A stretch of DNA of 40,847 bases from Gammaproteobacteria bacterium (GTDB lineage Bacteria > Pseudomonadota > Gammaproteobacteria > Natronospirales > REEB76): NCBI GenBank assembly GCA_050739495.1, contig JBOIBL010000104.1:1-40847 (forward strand), written 5' to 3'. This document shows, one piece after another, positions 30,817 through 40,783 of the stretch. Positions within the stretch are counted from its first letter, which is position 1, and every line of letters begins with the position of its first letter. Both the position numbers and the translations under genes were made by a program. Below the pieces are notes generated by a model. The model did no database searches, was not told the origin of the DNA, and saw only the letters and a program-made list of their open reading frames with translations.

Positions 30817-31974
30817 ATGCATCGCGTTCTCGTACTCGGAGCCGGCAAGATCGGTTCCCTGCTCTCCGGTTTGCTCGCCGCTTCGGGTGACTATCAGGTC
30901 GATCTGGGCGACGTGAATGGGCATGCCGCACAAGCTGCGGCCGCCGGTCACAAGCTCGCCAACATCAAGGCACATCAGGTGGATGCCGGTAACAAGGACG
31001 CGTTGGAAAAACACCTTAAAGCCCATCCGGCCGATGCGGTGATTTCCAGTCTGCCGTATTTCTGCAACCCGCCGGTGGCCGAAGTCGCACGCAAACTCAA
31101 CCTGCATTACTTCGATCTGACCGAGGACGTCGAAGTCACGCGTGCAGTGACGAGGATCAGCCAGGGCGCCAGCACCGTGTTCGCGCCGCAGTGTGGACTC
31201 GCGCCGGGTTTCATCAGCATTGCCGGTAACGAGTTGATGTCGCATTTCGACGAAGTGCACGATGCCAAGTTGCGCGTCGGTGCCCTGCCCCAGAATCCGG
31301 GCAACATGACCAAGTACTCGCTGACCTGGTCGTCCGACGGTGTGATCAATGAATATGGCAACCTTTGCTATGGCGTGGCCGACAGCAAACCCGCGGTGCT
31401 GATGCCGCTGGAAGGTCTGGAGACCATCCAGCTCGAAGGCCGCCTGTACGAAGCTTTCAATACCTCCGGCGGACTCGGTTCCCTGGCGGAGACCTATGCC
31501 GGCAAGATTCGCAATCTGACTTACAAGACCATGCGCTATCCGGGGCACTGCGAGATCATGCGCGTCCTGATGAACGACCTGCGTCTCAATGAACATCGTG
31601 ATGAGATGAAGACCATCATGGAGCGTGCAGTACCGCGTACCGTGCAGGACGTGGTGCTGGTGTATGTGTCCGTCACCGGCATGCAGCACGGCAAGTTCAT
31701 GGAAGAGAACTACGTGAATGCGATCTTCCCGCAGGAGATCGCCGGCAAGCTGTGGTCCGCCATCCAGGTAACGACCAGTGCTGGCGTGTGCGCGGTGGTG
31801 GATCTGGTGCTGAAGAAACCGGACGCCTACAAGGGTCTTGTGAAACAGGAGCAGTTCAAGCTCGCTGACGTACTCGCAAATCGTTTCGGCAAAGCCTATG
31901 CACAGGCAGAAACAGCGGAACTGTCGGCGCGGCTGGTGCGCACCGGCGAAGCTGCCAGGCAATTCGTGGCCTGA
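30817..31974 (+). CDS. saccharopine dehydrogenase-family NAD(P) oxidoreductase (possible lysine 6-dehydrogenase)
   Basis: AGGAG lies 7 nt upstream. The product is 385 aa with an N-terminal Rossmann motif VLVLGAGKIGS. Its fold family is inferred from overall sequence resemblance and from pairing with an ALDH7-type gene. Confidence 0.6.
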   Translation: MHRVLVLGAGKIGSLLSGLLAASGDYQVDLGDVNGHAAQAAAAGHKLANIKAHQVDAGNKDALEKHLKAHPADAVISSLPYFCNPPVAEVARKLNLHYFDLTEDVEVTRAVTRISQGASTVFAPQCGLAPGFISIAGNELMSHFDEVHDAKLRVGALPQNPGNMTKYSLTWSSDGVINEYGNLCYGVADSKPAVLMPLEGLETIQLEGRLYEAFNTSGGLGSLAETYAGKIRNLTYKTMRYPGHCEIMRVLMNDLRLNEHRDEMKTIMERAVPRTVQDVVLVYVSVTGMQHGKFMEENYVNAIFPQEIAGKLWSAIQVTTSAGVCAVVDLVLKKPDAYKGLVKQEQFKLADVLANRFGKAYAQAETAELSARLVRTGEAARQFVA

Positions 31975-32001
31975 ATCAATCTTATTTTCGGGAGCAGAGT
32001 A

Positions 32002-33540
32002 ATGGCGATGACAGATGTAAAAGCGATCCTGACTGCGCTGGGTCTGGAAAAGACCAATGCGGGTGTGTGGACCGCCACCGGTGGCTGGCGCAAGACCCGC
32101 GGTGCCGAGGTACTTGAATCCATCAATCCAGCTAACGGCAAAGTTATCGCCAAGGTGCTGTGCGCGACTGATGCCGATTACGAGCAGGTCATCACCGATG
32201 CCCAGCAGGCGTTCAAGGCCTGGCGTGAAGTGCCTGCGCCGAAACGCGGCGAAGCCGTGAGGCTGATGGCCGAGGCACTGCGCAAGCACAAGGATGCGCT
32301 GGGCAGCCTGGTCGCCATGGAGATGGGCAAGATCAAGGCCGAGGGCGATGGTGAAGTCCAGGAGATGATCGACATCGCCGACTTCGCAGTCGGACAGTCG
32401 CGCATGCTCTACGGCAACACCATGCATTCGGAACGCCCGCAGCACCGCATGTATGAACAGTGGCATCCCTACGGTGTGGTCGGTGTGATCTCCGCGTTCA
32501 ATTTCCCGGTCGCGGTATGGTCCTGGAATGCGTTCCTGTCTGCGATCTGCGGCAATGCCACGGTCTGGAAACCTTCGCCGCGCACGCCGTTGTGTGCCGT
32601 CGCGGTGCAGAACATCTGTAACAAGGTGCTGAAGAAGCACGGCTACCCGGCCATCTTCTCCATGTTCGTGGACAAGGGTACCAAGCTGGCCGAGAAATTC
32701 TGCAAGGATCCGCGCGTGGCGCTGATCTCATTCACCGGTTCCTCGGCAATCGGTGCCAAGGTCGGTGAGATGGTGGCAGCGCGCATGGGCCGTTCCCTGC
32801 TCGAGCTGGGCGGCAATAACGCCATCATCGTGGACGAGACCGCAGAATTGAAACTGGTCATCCCTGCCGCGGTATTCGGCGCAGTCGGCACCGCGGGTCA
32901 GCGTTGCACCACGACTCGTCGTCTGATCGTGCACGAAAGCATCGTTGATGACCTGGTGGAAAAGCTCGCCCGCGCCTACCAGCAGGTCCGCATCGGCGAT
33001 CCGCTCGACAAGGAAACCCTGATGGGTCCGTTGTGCAGCGAGGACGCAGTAAAACGCTACAAGTCGGCCATAGCGGCTGCAAAGAAAGCCGGTGGTCAAA
33101 TAATCTGCGGCGGTAAGGTAATCGCGCGCCCGGGCTTCTTCGTTGAACCTGCCATTATCCGTATGGAACAGCAGCAAGCCATCGTCTGCACAGAGACGTT
33201 CGCACCCATACTGTATGTGATGACGTACCGGACTCTGGAACAGGCCGTAGACATCCAGAATTCCGTGCCGCAGGGGCTTTCTTCCGCCATCTTTACTACC
33301 AACGTAAAGCACGCCGAATACTTTCTGTCTACGGTCGGCAGCGATTGCGGTATCGCCAACATTAACATCGGCACCTCCGGCGCCGAGATCGGCGGTGCCT
33401 TCGGCGGCGAGAAGGATACCGGCGGCGGACGCGAATCGGGTTCGGATTCCTGGAAAGCTTATATGCGCCGTCAGACCAACACTATCAACTGGTCGGATCA
33501 GCTGCCATTGGCACAGGGCATAAAATTCGATCTGGGTTGA
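32002..33540 (+). CDS. ALDH7-family aldehyde dehydrogenase (alpha-aminoadipic semialdehyde / piperideine-6-carboxylate dehydrogenase-like)
   Basis: 512 aa. It has [22 protein letters not shown]...[34 protein letters not shown] (very close to the antiquitin signature). It also has ELGGNNA and the catalytic Cys in GTAGQRCTT. Confidence 0.8.
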   Translation: MAMTDVKAILTALGLEKTNAGVWTATGGWRKTRGAEVLESINPANGKVIAKVLCATDADYEQVITDAQQAFKAWREVPAPKRGEAVRLMAEALRKHKDALGSLVAMEMGKIKAEGDGEVQEMIDIADFAVGQSRMLYGNTMHSERPQHRMYEQWHPYGVVGVISAFNFPVAVWSWNAFLSAICGNATVWKPSPRTPLCAVAVQNICNKVLKKHGYPAIFSMFVDKGTKLAEKFCKDPRVALISFTGSSAIGAKVGEMVAARMGRSLLELGGNNAIIVDETAELKLVIPAAVFGAVGTAGQRCTTTRRLIVHESIVDDLVEKLARAYQQVRIGDPLDKETLMGPLCSEDAVKRYKSAIAAAKKAGGQIICGGKVIARPGFFVEPAIIRMEQQQAIVCTETFAPILYVMTYRTLEQAVDIQNSVPQGLSSAIFTTNVKHAEYFLSTVGSDCGIANINIGTSGAEIGGAFGGEKDTGGGRESGSDSWKAYMRRQTNTINWSDQLPLAQGIKFDLG

Positions 33541-33569
33541 GCGGCCCGATTACATACAGGCAACACATT

Positions 33570-33599
33570 AACGCCGCGCACCGCGCGGCGTTTTCTTTA
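33570..33599 (+). terminator. rho-independent terminator after the ALDH7 gene
   Basis: A perfect 10-bp stem AACGCCGCGC / GCGCGGCGTT with loop ACC, followed by TTTCTTTAT. Confidence 0.75.
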
Positions 33600-33626
33600 T
33601 CCACTCCGGAAATCCGGCAGACTGGA

Positions 33627-34112
33627 TTACTTGTCCTCGAACCGGTTCTTGTCCCGGTTCTTGCGCACCTTCAAGGCATCGAATACGCGGCCGTTCATGA
33701 CGATATAGATGCCGGGCGGCATGCTCTGCACCGCTATCACGGCGCCGCCGATATTGAAGATCGCATCGCTGCCGCGAAACCGCGCCGGATTGAGTGCCCC
33801 GGTCAGCACGATGGTCTTGCCGATCATGTTCTGCAACGCGACCGCGGTATCGGTCATGGTGTCGGTCCCATGAGTAATCAGAACATGCCGTTCGGAACAA
33901 GCTGCTACCGCTTCCGTGATCGCGGCACGATCAGCATCGGTCATATCGAGACTGTCTTTCCGCATCAGTGATGTAATCTGGAACGGAAATCCGACGCCGG
34001 TTTCACGAAGGATATCGCCGATTTGTGGCTCACCCACTTCGTATTCGCTCTTGGCATCGAAGTAGATCTTGTCTATGGTGCCGCCAGTGGTAAATATCCG
34101 CATTGGTTCCAT
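33627..34112 (-). CDS. short asparaginase-family protein (N-terminal catalytic domain only)
   Basis: AGGAG lies 10 nt upstream. The product is 161 aa. It has the FTTGGTIDK (nucleophilic Thr) and HGTDTM motifs of the L-asparaginase N-domain. There is no C-terminal domain. Confidence 0.7.
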   Translation of the reverse strand: MEPMRIFTTGGTIDKIYFDAKSEYEVGEPQIGDILRETGVGFPFQITSLMRKDSLDMTDADRAAITEAVAACSERHVLITHGTDTMTDTAVALQNMIGKTIVLTGALNPARFRGSDAIFNIGGAVIAVQSMPPGIYIVMNGRVFDALKVRKNRDKNRFEDK

Positions 34113-34132
34113 GTCCGCATGGCTCCTGAAGA

Positions 34133-36367
34133 TCAGTTGAAGGGTAAACCGAGATACAGATACAGCGACTGGTTCCCACCCTGGGAGAAACCGGCGCCCA
34201 GATACAGAGGGCCCAGCGAAGTATCGGCCCCGAGAAACAAGGCGGTGCCGTATTTCAATTGGCTCAGACTGATCTTTTGAGTGTTATCCCAGACATTGCC
34301 TGCTTCCAGACTGGCGCCAAAGTACAGACCATTGCCCAGCACGCTTGGCAGGATTGCGATCCTGTTGAGATAGATAGCGCGCGCATTCAATAGTTTCTGG
34401 CCACGCAATTGCTGTTGGCGCAGACCGGAGAGTGACAGAAAGCCGCCGAGCGTGAACTGATCATATACAGGGATATCCGAGTCGAAAGATGAACCGGCTT
34501 CGGCAGACAGGATGACGGTATGCTCGCCATTACCGAAGGCACGTAATCCGAGCATATCGACCTTGTTGTAATTGATCTCGCTGCCGAGGCTCTGGCGCGC
34601 AAAGAAACCCGTGAATTGGACATAGGAGCCGGACATGGGAAACCCGGTATCGCCCTCCAGCGTATCCAGACCGAAATGCAGACTGGCGCCACTCACGGTG
34701 TCGCGATAGATAGGCAGTGTGTTGGCACCGATGCGTGGCTGCGTGATTACATGTCCGTAGCTCAGACCAGCGCGCAATTCCGCATAATTACCGAATTCGC
34801 TTCCGACGTCGAATCCGCCACGCGTCAATTGAGCGCTATATTCCGCGACCCTGTTTTCGCCGGAGAACACATCGAAGGTGTTGTTAAGATATTCGGCCTG
34901 GGGTGCGACGAATATGGAGCCCGAATAAGTGACGGGTTGGTAGAGTTCACTATATATACGCCGGGTCTTGCCAATCTCGAGCTCGTTCCGCCACTCGCCG
35001 CCCAGCCGGTCAAGTTCAGTCCGGGTCCAGCTAAACAACAGATCGTATTGACTGCTGCCTTCCAGATCGTCCGCGATACGGATGCCGAAACGGAAATAAT
35101 TGGGCTTCCATGGTTTTTCCACGACTTTGACCAGCAACCCGGTACGATCACCTTCCTGTTCCACGGAGATATGCACATAGCTGAAATATCCCAGGTGATA
35201 AAGATTCTTAAGATCCTGGTCTATCGTCCGTTCATTCCAGATATCACCCGGTTTGCTGATCAGATGACTGCGAATCAGTGCCGTGGAGATATGCCGGTTA
35301 CCGTTTATCTCTATGAAATCGATATGCTTGATGACGCGCAGGACGTAGCTGTGAGCAACCTTGTATTGGGCATAGGCCTGAGGCGAGAGTTGCAGCTCTT
35401 TCAGGGGTTCTAACGCTTTCAAAGTAGCTTGTTTGCCGATGCGGATCGCATCTCCCATGCGGTTGAAGTCGGTCGAGGTGATGTCGCCAAGATCCGGGCT
35501 TATGAGGATATCGCCCGGCTGCATGCTGGCGGTCGATACATCCACATTCTGTTGACCCAATATCTTGACCACTTGCAAGGAGACGTTTACGACGTCCTGC
35601 TCATTACCCAGAGGTGTGAGCGGGGTCCCTACATTAACGGCGATGATGATCTGGGCACCCATACCGCGTGCCACGTCCGTTGGCAGATTGCGCACCAATC
35701 CGCCATCTACCAGCGTATGACCCTGAAACTGGACCGGTGGGTAGACGCCGGGTACCGACATGCTGGCACGCAATGCTTCGGCCAGGTTACCGTGATCGAG
35801 CACCACCATCTTGCCGGTATCGATGTCGGTGGCGACCGCCTTGAATGGGATGGGGAGTTTGCTGAAATCCTGATTCTGATCCGTGAGCAACGTCAGATCG
35901 TTGAGTATCCGGCTCGGATCATTACCGGCGATGATACCTTGCGGGAAAAAGGCCCGCCCATCGGCGTAGCCGAACTCGGCTTGTACGATGTATTGAAGTA
36001 GATACTGTTTTTCCTGGTAGGTGAGCAAATTGCGTTGCAGCTGGTTCGCCATGCTGGCTTGCAGGTCCCGGGTATGCAGTACCTGATCCAGTTGTTGCGC
36101 GCTCATCCCGGCAGCATACAGACCGCCAATAATCGCACCGATGCTGGTGCCTGCGATGCAATCCACCGGAATATGCAACTGTTCGAGTGCTTCCAGAGCT
36201 CCGACATGCGCTGCGCCACGCGCGCCACCACCTGACAACACCAGGCAAATGCGTGGGGCTGATTGAACGGTTGGCACTGGTGCATCTGCACGCGCCTGGC
36301 TGCCGAGCGCGAGCAAAGCAATCAACAAGTACAGGCTCGCAGCCCCTATTGATCCGGCTCTGGACAT
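34133..36367 (-). CDS. patatin-like phospholipase fused to POTRA + Omp85-type beta-barrel (PlpD-like, type Vd secretion architecture)
   Basis: Signal peptide (...LLALGSQARA|DAP). Patatin motifs are LSGGGARGAAHVG (oxyanion), GTSIG (GxSxG) and VDGGLVRN (catalytic Asp). A large C-terminal beta-rich region is typical of surface-antigen (Omp85) barrels. The start is uncertain (36367 vs 36412/36424). Confidence 0.75.
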   Translation of the reverse strand: MSRAGSIGAASLYLLIALLALGSQARADAPVPTVQSAPRICLVLSGGGARGAAHVGALEALEQLHIPVDCIAGTSIGAIIGGLYAAGMSAQQLDQVLHTRDLQASMANQLQRNLLTYQEKQYLLQYIVQAEFGYADGRAFFPQGIIAGNDPSRILNDLTLLTDQNQDFSKLPIPFKAVATDIDTGKMVVLDHGNLAEALRASMSVPGVYPPVQFQGHTLVDGGLVRNLPTDVARGMGAQIIIAVNVGTPLTPLGNEQDVVNVSLQVVKILGQQNVDVSTASMQPGDILISPDLGDITSTDFNRMGDAIRIGKQATLKALEPLKELQLSPQAYAQYKVAHSYVLRVIKHIDFIEINGNRHISTALIRSHLISKPGDIWNERTIDQDLKNLYHLGYFSYVHISVEQEGDRTGLLVKVVEKPWKPNYFRFGIRIADDLEGSSQYDLLFSWTRTELDRLGGEWRNELEIGKTRRIYSELYQPVTYSGSIFVAPQAEYLNNTFDVFSGENRVAEYSAQLTRGGFDVGSEFGNYAELRAGLSYGHVITQPRIGANTLPIYRDTVSGASLHFGLDTLEGDTGFPMSGSYVQFTGFFARQSLGSEINYNKVDMLGLRAFGNGEHTVILSAEAGSSFDSDIPVYDQFTLGGFLSLSGLRQQQLRGQKLLNARAIYLNRIAILPSVLGNGLYFGASLEAGNVWDNTQKISLSQLKYGTALFLGADTSLGPLYLGAGFSQGGNQSLYLYLGLPFN

Positions 36368-36512
36368 GAGGGTTCCGGCGGTTGAAATTCCGTGCGATTC
36401 GCGGGGTGACATGTGCGCTGACATTGACGATCACATATTACCGGAAGCCTTGTGGCGGGGACAGAGTGGGCTGTGGTTGCCTTTGCTGTCACCCTCTGTT
36501 TATATGTGAGAT

Positions 36513-37850
36513 ATGCGTCGCACGTTTTCCACTTTGCTTGCCGTATTCCTGATCGTTACCTGCTGGGTAACGCCCTGCTCCGTGTTCGCGGCTACTGGCA
36601 GCACCGGTGTGCTACGCATTCAGATCGATGGCGCCATCGGGCCGGCCACAGCGGATTATGTGGAGCAAGGTCTCCATGCTGCAGCCGAACAGCATGCCGA
36701 GCTGGTATTGATACAGATGGATACGCCAGGCGGTTTGAGCAGCGCCATGCGCGACATCATCAAGGCTATCCTCGCATCACCTGTGCCGGTCGTGACCTAT
36801 GTTGCACCCAGTGGCTCACGTGCCGCGAGCGCCGGTACCTATATCCTTTACGCCAGCCACATCGCTGCCATGGCCCCGGCCACCAACCTGGGGGCAGCCA
36901 CGCCGGTGCAACTGATGGGCGACAAATCACCGACCCCGGCGGTACCCAAGACAGCGGAAGATAACAAGGTGCTCAATGATGCGGTCGCCTATATCCGTGG
37001 GCTTGCTTCACAACGTGGGCGCAATGCAGATTGGGCGGAAAAAGCGGTCCGCGATGCAGCAAGCCTGACGGCTGCGGAGGCATTGAAGCAGCATGTCATC
37101 GACCTCATTGCAAGCGATATTCCCGACCTGCTGGTCAAGCTGGATGGCCGCCAAGTGACCACCATTGCCGGCCCAGTCACTTTGCATACCACCGGACTTA
37201 CAGTGACGGATTACACACCCGGGTTCCGGGTCAAGTTTCTGGCGGTACTCACGGATCCCACAGTCGCGTATATCCTGCTCCTGATCGGCATCTACGGTCT
37301 GGTATTTGAAGGTTACAACCCCGGTGGCGTGCTGCCGGGGGTCGCGGGTGGTATCGCGTTGCTACTCGCGCTCTATGCGTTCAATATCCTGCCGGTGAAC
37401 TTCGCCGGTCTGGCGCTGATCATCCTGGGCATCATCCTGTTCATCACCGAGACCTTCGTGCCCGCCTACGGGACGCTCAGCATTGGCGGGCTGATCGCGT
37501 TCGTAATCGGTTCTATCATTCTGATGGATACCGGCATCCCCGGCTTCGGTATTTCCCGCGGCGTAATCGGGGGCATCAGCGCAGCGGCCGGTCTGATAGT
37601 AGTCGGCACCCTGTGGCTGGCAATGCGAGCACACCATAAACCGGTCGTCAGCGGCGCCGAAGAGATGATCGGCAGCATCGGGAACGTAGTGACCGATTTT
37701 GCTGCCGATGGCAATGGGATCGTGCGGGTGCACAGCGAAAACTGGAATGCATGGAGCCGTATGCCATTGCAAACCGGCGACTCAATAAAGGTATTATCAC
37801 GTGACGGCTTGAAGCTGACTGTCGAAAAAACGGATATCGAGGAGAAATAG
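36513..37850 (+). CDS. nfeD: NfeD-family membrane-bound ClpP-class serine protease
   Basis: 445 aa with a signal peptide and a ClpP-like domain ([14 protein letters not shown]...[27 protein letters not shown]). It also has several TM helices and a C-terminal OB-fold NfeD domain ([14 protein letters not shown]). The stop is 2 nt before the stomatin gene. Confidence 0.85.
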   Translation: MRRTFSTLLAVFLIVTCWVTPCSVFAATGSTGVLRIQIDGAIGPATADYVEQGLHAAAEQHAELVLIQMDTPGGLSSAMRDIIKAILASPVPVVTYVAPSGSRAASAGTYILYASHIAAMAPATNLGAATPVQLMGDKSPTPAVPKTAEDNKVLNDAVAYIRGLASQRGRNADWAEKAVRDAASLTAAEALKQHVIDLIASDIPDLLVKLDGRQVTTIAGPVTLHTTGLTVTDYTPGFRVKFLAVLTDPTVAYILLLIGIYGLVFEGYNPGGVLPGVAGGIALLLALYAFNILPVNFAGLALIILGIILFITETFVPAYGTLSIGGLIAFVIGSIILMDTGIPGFGISRGVIGGISAAAGLIVVGTLWLAMRAHHKPVVSGAEEMIGSIGNVVTDFAADGNGIVRVHSENWNAWSRMPLQTGDSIKVLSRDGLKLTVEKTDIEEK

Positions 37851-37852
37851 AC

Positions 37853-38629
37853 ATGGGTATAGGGATACTGGTGGTAGTCGTTATCGTGGCTGTCCTTCTG
37901 TTCAGCGCCATCAAGATAATGAAGGAGTATGAACGCGGGGTCATTTTCACGTTTGGACGTTTCAGCGCGGTCAAGGGTCCCGGGCTCATCATGGTGTGGC
38001 CGGTCGTGCAGCAGGTCGTGAAAGTTGACTTGCGTACCGTGGTCATGGATGTGCCGCCACAGGATGTGATCTCACGCGACAACGTCTCCGTAAAGGTCAA
38101 CGCGGTGATCTATTTCCGGCTGGTCGATCCGGAGAAAGCCATTATCCAGGTCGCCGATGTGTACGAGGCCACCAGCCAGCTCGCCCAGACCACGCTGCGC
38201 TCGGTGCTAGGGCAGCACGAGCTGGACGAAATGCTGAGTGAGCGCGAGAAACTCAACAGTGACATCCAGGTGATCCTCGACCAGCACACCGACGCGTGGG
38301 GCATCAAGGTCTCCAACGTCGAAATCAAGCAGGTGGACCTCGACGACACCATGGTCCGCGCGATCGCCCGCCAGGCCGAGGCCGAGCGCCAGCGCCGCGC
38401 CAAGATCATCAACGCCGAAGGCGAGCTGCAGGCCTCGCAAAAGCTGATGCAGGCCGCACAGACGCTGATGGAACAACCGCAATCGATCCAGTTGCGCTAC
38501 CTGCAGACGCTGGTCGAGGTGGCGGGCGACAAGACCACCACCATCGTGTTCCCGCTGCCGATGGACCTGCTGGAGCCGTTGGTCGGCAAGCTGCGCAAGG
38601 ATGCCGCAGACAAGCCGCCGGCTGCGTGA
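37853..38629 (+). CDS. SPFH/band-7 stomatin-like protein (slipin)
   Basis: 258 aa with an N-terminal TM helix. The SPFH core includes [72 protein letters not shown] and [17 protein letters not shown]. Confidence 0.9.
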   Translation: MGIGILVVVVIVAVLLFSAIKIMKEYERGVIFTFGRFSAVKGPGLIMVWPVVQQVVKVDLRTVVMDVPPQDVISRDNVSVKVNAVIYFRLVDPEKAIIQVADVYEATSQLAQTTLRSVLGQHELDEMLSEREKLNSDIQVILDQHTDAWGIKVSNVEIKQVDLDDTMVRAIARQAEAERQRRAKIINAEGELQASQKLMQAAQTLMEQPQSIQLRYLQTLVEVAGDKTTTIVFPLPMDLLEPLVGKLRKDAADKPPAA

Positions 38630-38647
38630 CGCGCGGAGCTGCGCCCG

Positions 38648-39649
38648 ATGAAGGCGCTGCCGTGGATCGTCGTCGCGCTGCTGGTCCTCGCGGCGGCCGT
38701 GGCGGTCGCCTGGTTTGCGAGTCCGTGGCCGCGGGTTGCGCTGATCCGCTATTTCTTCGACCGTGGTGGGGTCGCGATCGAACACTCGCTCGCGAAGCAC
38801 GTTCCGCCCGGCGTGGCAGCCATCACAGATCTCGCGTACCGCAGCGGCGATCCTGCCGCGCGGCTGGACGTGTTCTTTCCGGCCGCCATCGAGGGCACGG
38901 ATCAACGTCTTGCAACGGTGGTGTGGGTGCATGGCGGCGGCTGGGTCGCAGGGCACCGCAGCGACATCGCCAATTACACGAAGATCCTTGCGTCACACGG
39001 CTTCACGGCCGTCGCGATCGGTTACGCGCTGCCGCCGCAGGCGCGTTATCCGACGGCGGTGGAGGAGGTGAACGCGGCGCTGGGTTACCTCGCCGCCCAC
39101 GCGGCGCGCCTGCACGTCGATCCCGACCGTTTCGTGCTGGCCGGAGATTCGGCGGGCGCGCAGATCGCCGCGCAGGTCGCCGACATCGTCACCAATCCCG
39201 GGTACGCGAAAGCGATGGGCATCGCGCCGGCGATCCCGCCGTCGCAGCTCGTCGCGACGGTGCTCGCCTGCGGTGTGTATGACCTGCAAAGCGCGGGCGG
39301 CGGTGGTCTGTACGCGAAGTTCTTCTCGGCGGCGTTCTGGGCCTACAGTGGGCACCGCGATTTCAAGGAGGATCCGCGCCTGCGTCTGATGTCGGTGGCG
39401 CTGCACCTGACGCCGCGCTTTCCCCCGACCTTCGTGACCGCTGGCAACGGCGATCCGCTGATCGGGCAATCCGTTGAACTGGCGCGACGCCTGCGGTCAT
39501 TGGACGTTCCCGTCGATGCTCTCCTGTACCCGCCCGACCATCGCCCGCACCTGCCGCACGAATACCAGTTCAACCTGGACAGCGCTGCCGGGCAGGAAGC
39601 GCTGCGACGGATCGTCGCGTTTTTGAAGCAGCGCACCGCGGCGTACTGA
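38648..39649 (+). CDS. alpha/beta hydrolase, family IV (HSL-type) esterase/lipase
   Basis: 333 aa with an N-terminal TM or signal helix. It has the HGGG oxyanion motif (VWVHGGGWVAG) and the nucleophile elbow GDSAGAQIA. The gene is very high in GC3. Confidence 0.75.
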   Translation: MKALPWIVVALLVLAAAVAVAWFASPWPRVALIRYFFDRGGVAIEHSLAKHVPPGVAAITDLAYRSGDPAARLDVFFPAAIEGTDQRLATVVWVHGGGWVAGHRSDIANYTKILASHGFTAVAIGYALPPQARYPTAVEEVNAALGYLAAHAARLHVDPDRFVLAGDSAGAQIAAQVADIVTNPGYAKAMGIAPAIPPSQLVATVLACGVYDLQSAGGGGLYAKFFSAAFWAYSGHRDFKEDPRLRLMSVALHLTPRFPPTFVTAGNGDPLIGQSVELARRLRSLDVPVDALLYPPDHRPHLPHEYQFNLDSAAGQEALRRIVAFLKQRTAAY

Positions 39650-39752
39650 CTCCCATGGCATGGGCCGCAGGTCATGCAGACGCGGGGAAGGGAATGGCGC
39701 ATACTCACCACGTGCAATGGGTGGTGTGGCCGCTGCAGGCGAGGAGGTTGCG

Positions 39753-40040
39753 ATGTTCGAGCTCGGAGTGCTGTTGCTGGTCGCGTTCGGCGCGTTGTGG
39801 GTGTTCGGCGCGCTGATCGCCGGTTTGTTCAAGCTCACGTTCGGACTGGTCGCCGCGATTTTCGGCGGCCTGTTCGGTCTGATCACGCTGGGCCTCGCGA
39901 TGCTGCTGGTGCTGCCGATCGTGTTGTTTGCGCTGCTGCCGCTGTTGTTGCCCGCGTTGTGCATCGTCGCGCTGGTGTGGCTGGCCGTGCACGCGTCGCG
40001 ACCGCATTCCCGGCCGGTGCGGGCCCGGCATGATTGGTGA
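39753..40040 (+). CDS. small hydrophobic membrane protein (hypothetical)
   Basis: GAGGAG lies 6 nt upstream of an internal ATG in track ORF 39660-40040. The product is 95 aa, with about 3 TM helices rich in L/A/G/V. In ~70% GC DNA a long ORF alone is weak evidence. Confidence 0.4.
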   Translation: MFELGVLLLVAFGALWVFGALIAGLFKLTFGLVAAIFGGLFGLITLGLAMLLVLPIVLFALLPLLLPALCIVALVWLAVHASRPHSRPVRARHDW

Positions 40041-40154
40041 GACCCGGCTGCCGCTGCCGTAGGCCGGGTCAAGGAGCGCAGCGCCGGTCCCGGCGAGATA
40101 TTCCGCGAACACCACAGCGCCGGTCCCGCCCTTTGAACCGGGCCACCCGCTCGC

Positions 40155-40724
40155 TCAGAGCTCGCCTTGCGGCGACGAATAATCGAGTTCGCCGTCTGCC
40201 ACGTGCGCCGCCGACGTGTACGGGTGCTCGCGCGGCGAACCCGGCCCCATGATGTGCAGCACCCGCGTGCCGTGCAGCTTGAATACATCCGAGACCAGCC
40301 CTCGGTGGCAGCGCCACCACACCGCTTCCGAACACATGATCGCGGTACGTTTCCGGTCCGCCAGCACCTTCAAACGCTCGATGCCGGCGTGGAAGTCATC
40401 GGTCTGCATGTAATCCGCGTACCCGCGAAACGCCGGATGCCGCCATGCGGTGTTGGGCGAATCCGGCTGCACCTTGCGGCGGCCGCCGAGCTCGATGAAC
40501 GGTTCGTAGCCGATGCCGGCATCCAGCATCGACTTGCGCAGCGGTTCGGCATTGAACTGCGGGTATTTCCGCGAGCCGGGATAATGGCGCACATCAGCCA
40601 GCACCTCGACGCGGTTTTCCTTCAGAAGTCCGATGAATTCCTCGATGTCGCGGGTCGAATGGCCGATGGTCCAGAGCGTCCCGGGCCACGGGGCATCGGG
40701 CGTAGGTTTCGCGGAGGCTGCCAT
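40155..40724 (-). CDS. DUF488-family protein
   Basis: 189 aa. Motifs are LWTIGHSTR..EEF..LL, VLADVR..P.SRK.PQFN and the conserved MCSE..WW.CHR near the C-terminus. Confidence 0.7.
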   Translation of the reverse strand: MAASAKPTPDAPWPGTLWTIGHSTRDIEEFIGLLKENRVEVLADVRHYPGSRKYPQFNAEPLRKSMLDAGIGYEPFIELGGRRKVQPDSPNTAWRHPAFRGYADYMQTDDFHAGIERLKVLADRKRTAIMCSEAVWWRCHRGLVSDVFKLHGTRVLHIMGPGSPREHPYTSAAHVADGELDYSSPQGEL

Positions 40725-40783
40725 CGGACCAGCATACGCGCCCGGCTGCGCGGCAGGAAAACCAGGCAGCCTACAATGACGGC

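Noticed and set aside
30727-32640. A 637-aa minus-strand ORF, the longest ORF in this part of the track
   Set aside because: It runs antisense to two well-supported plus-strand genes (saccharopine-DH family and ALDH7) and across their intergenic region. Its translation is low-complexity and rich in His, Arg, Gly and Leu, with no recognisable motifs. It is a typical shadow ORF in GC-rich coding DNA.
38207-40335. Multiple long overlapping ORFs in the high-GC right end (38207-38956 -, 38296-39282 +, 38993-39469 -, 39497-40288 -, 39705-40115 -, 40167-40787 +)
   Set aside because: Their translations are Arg/Ala/Gly/Pro-rich with no motifs. They overlap the stomatin, esterase and DUF488 genes, which do have family signatures. 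Long stop-free frames are expected by chance at about 70% G+C.
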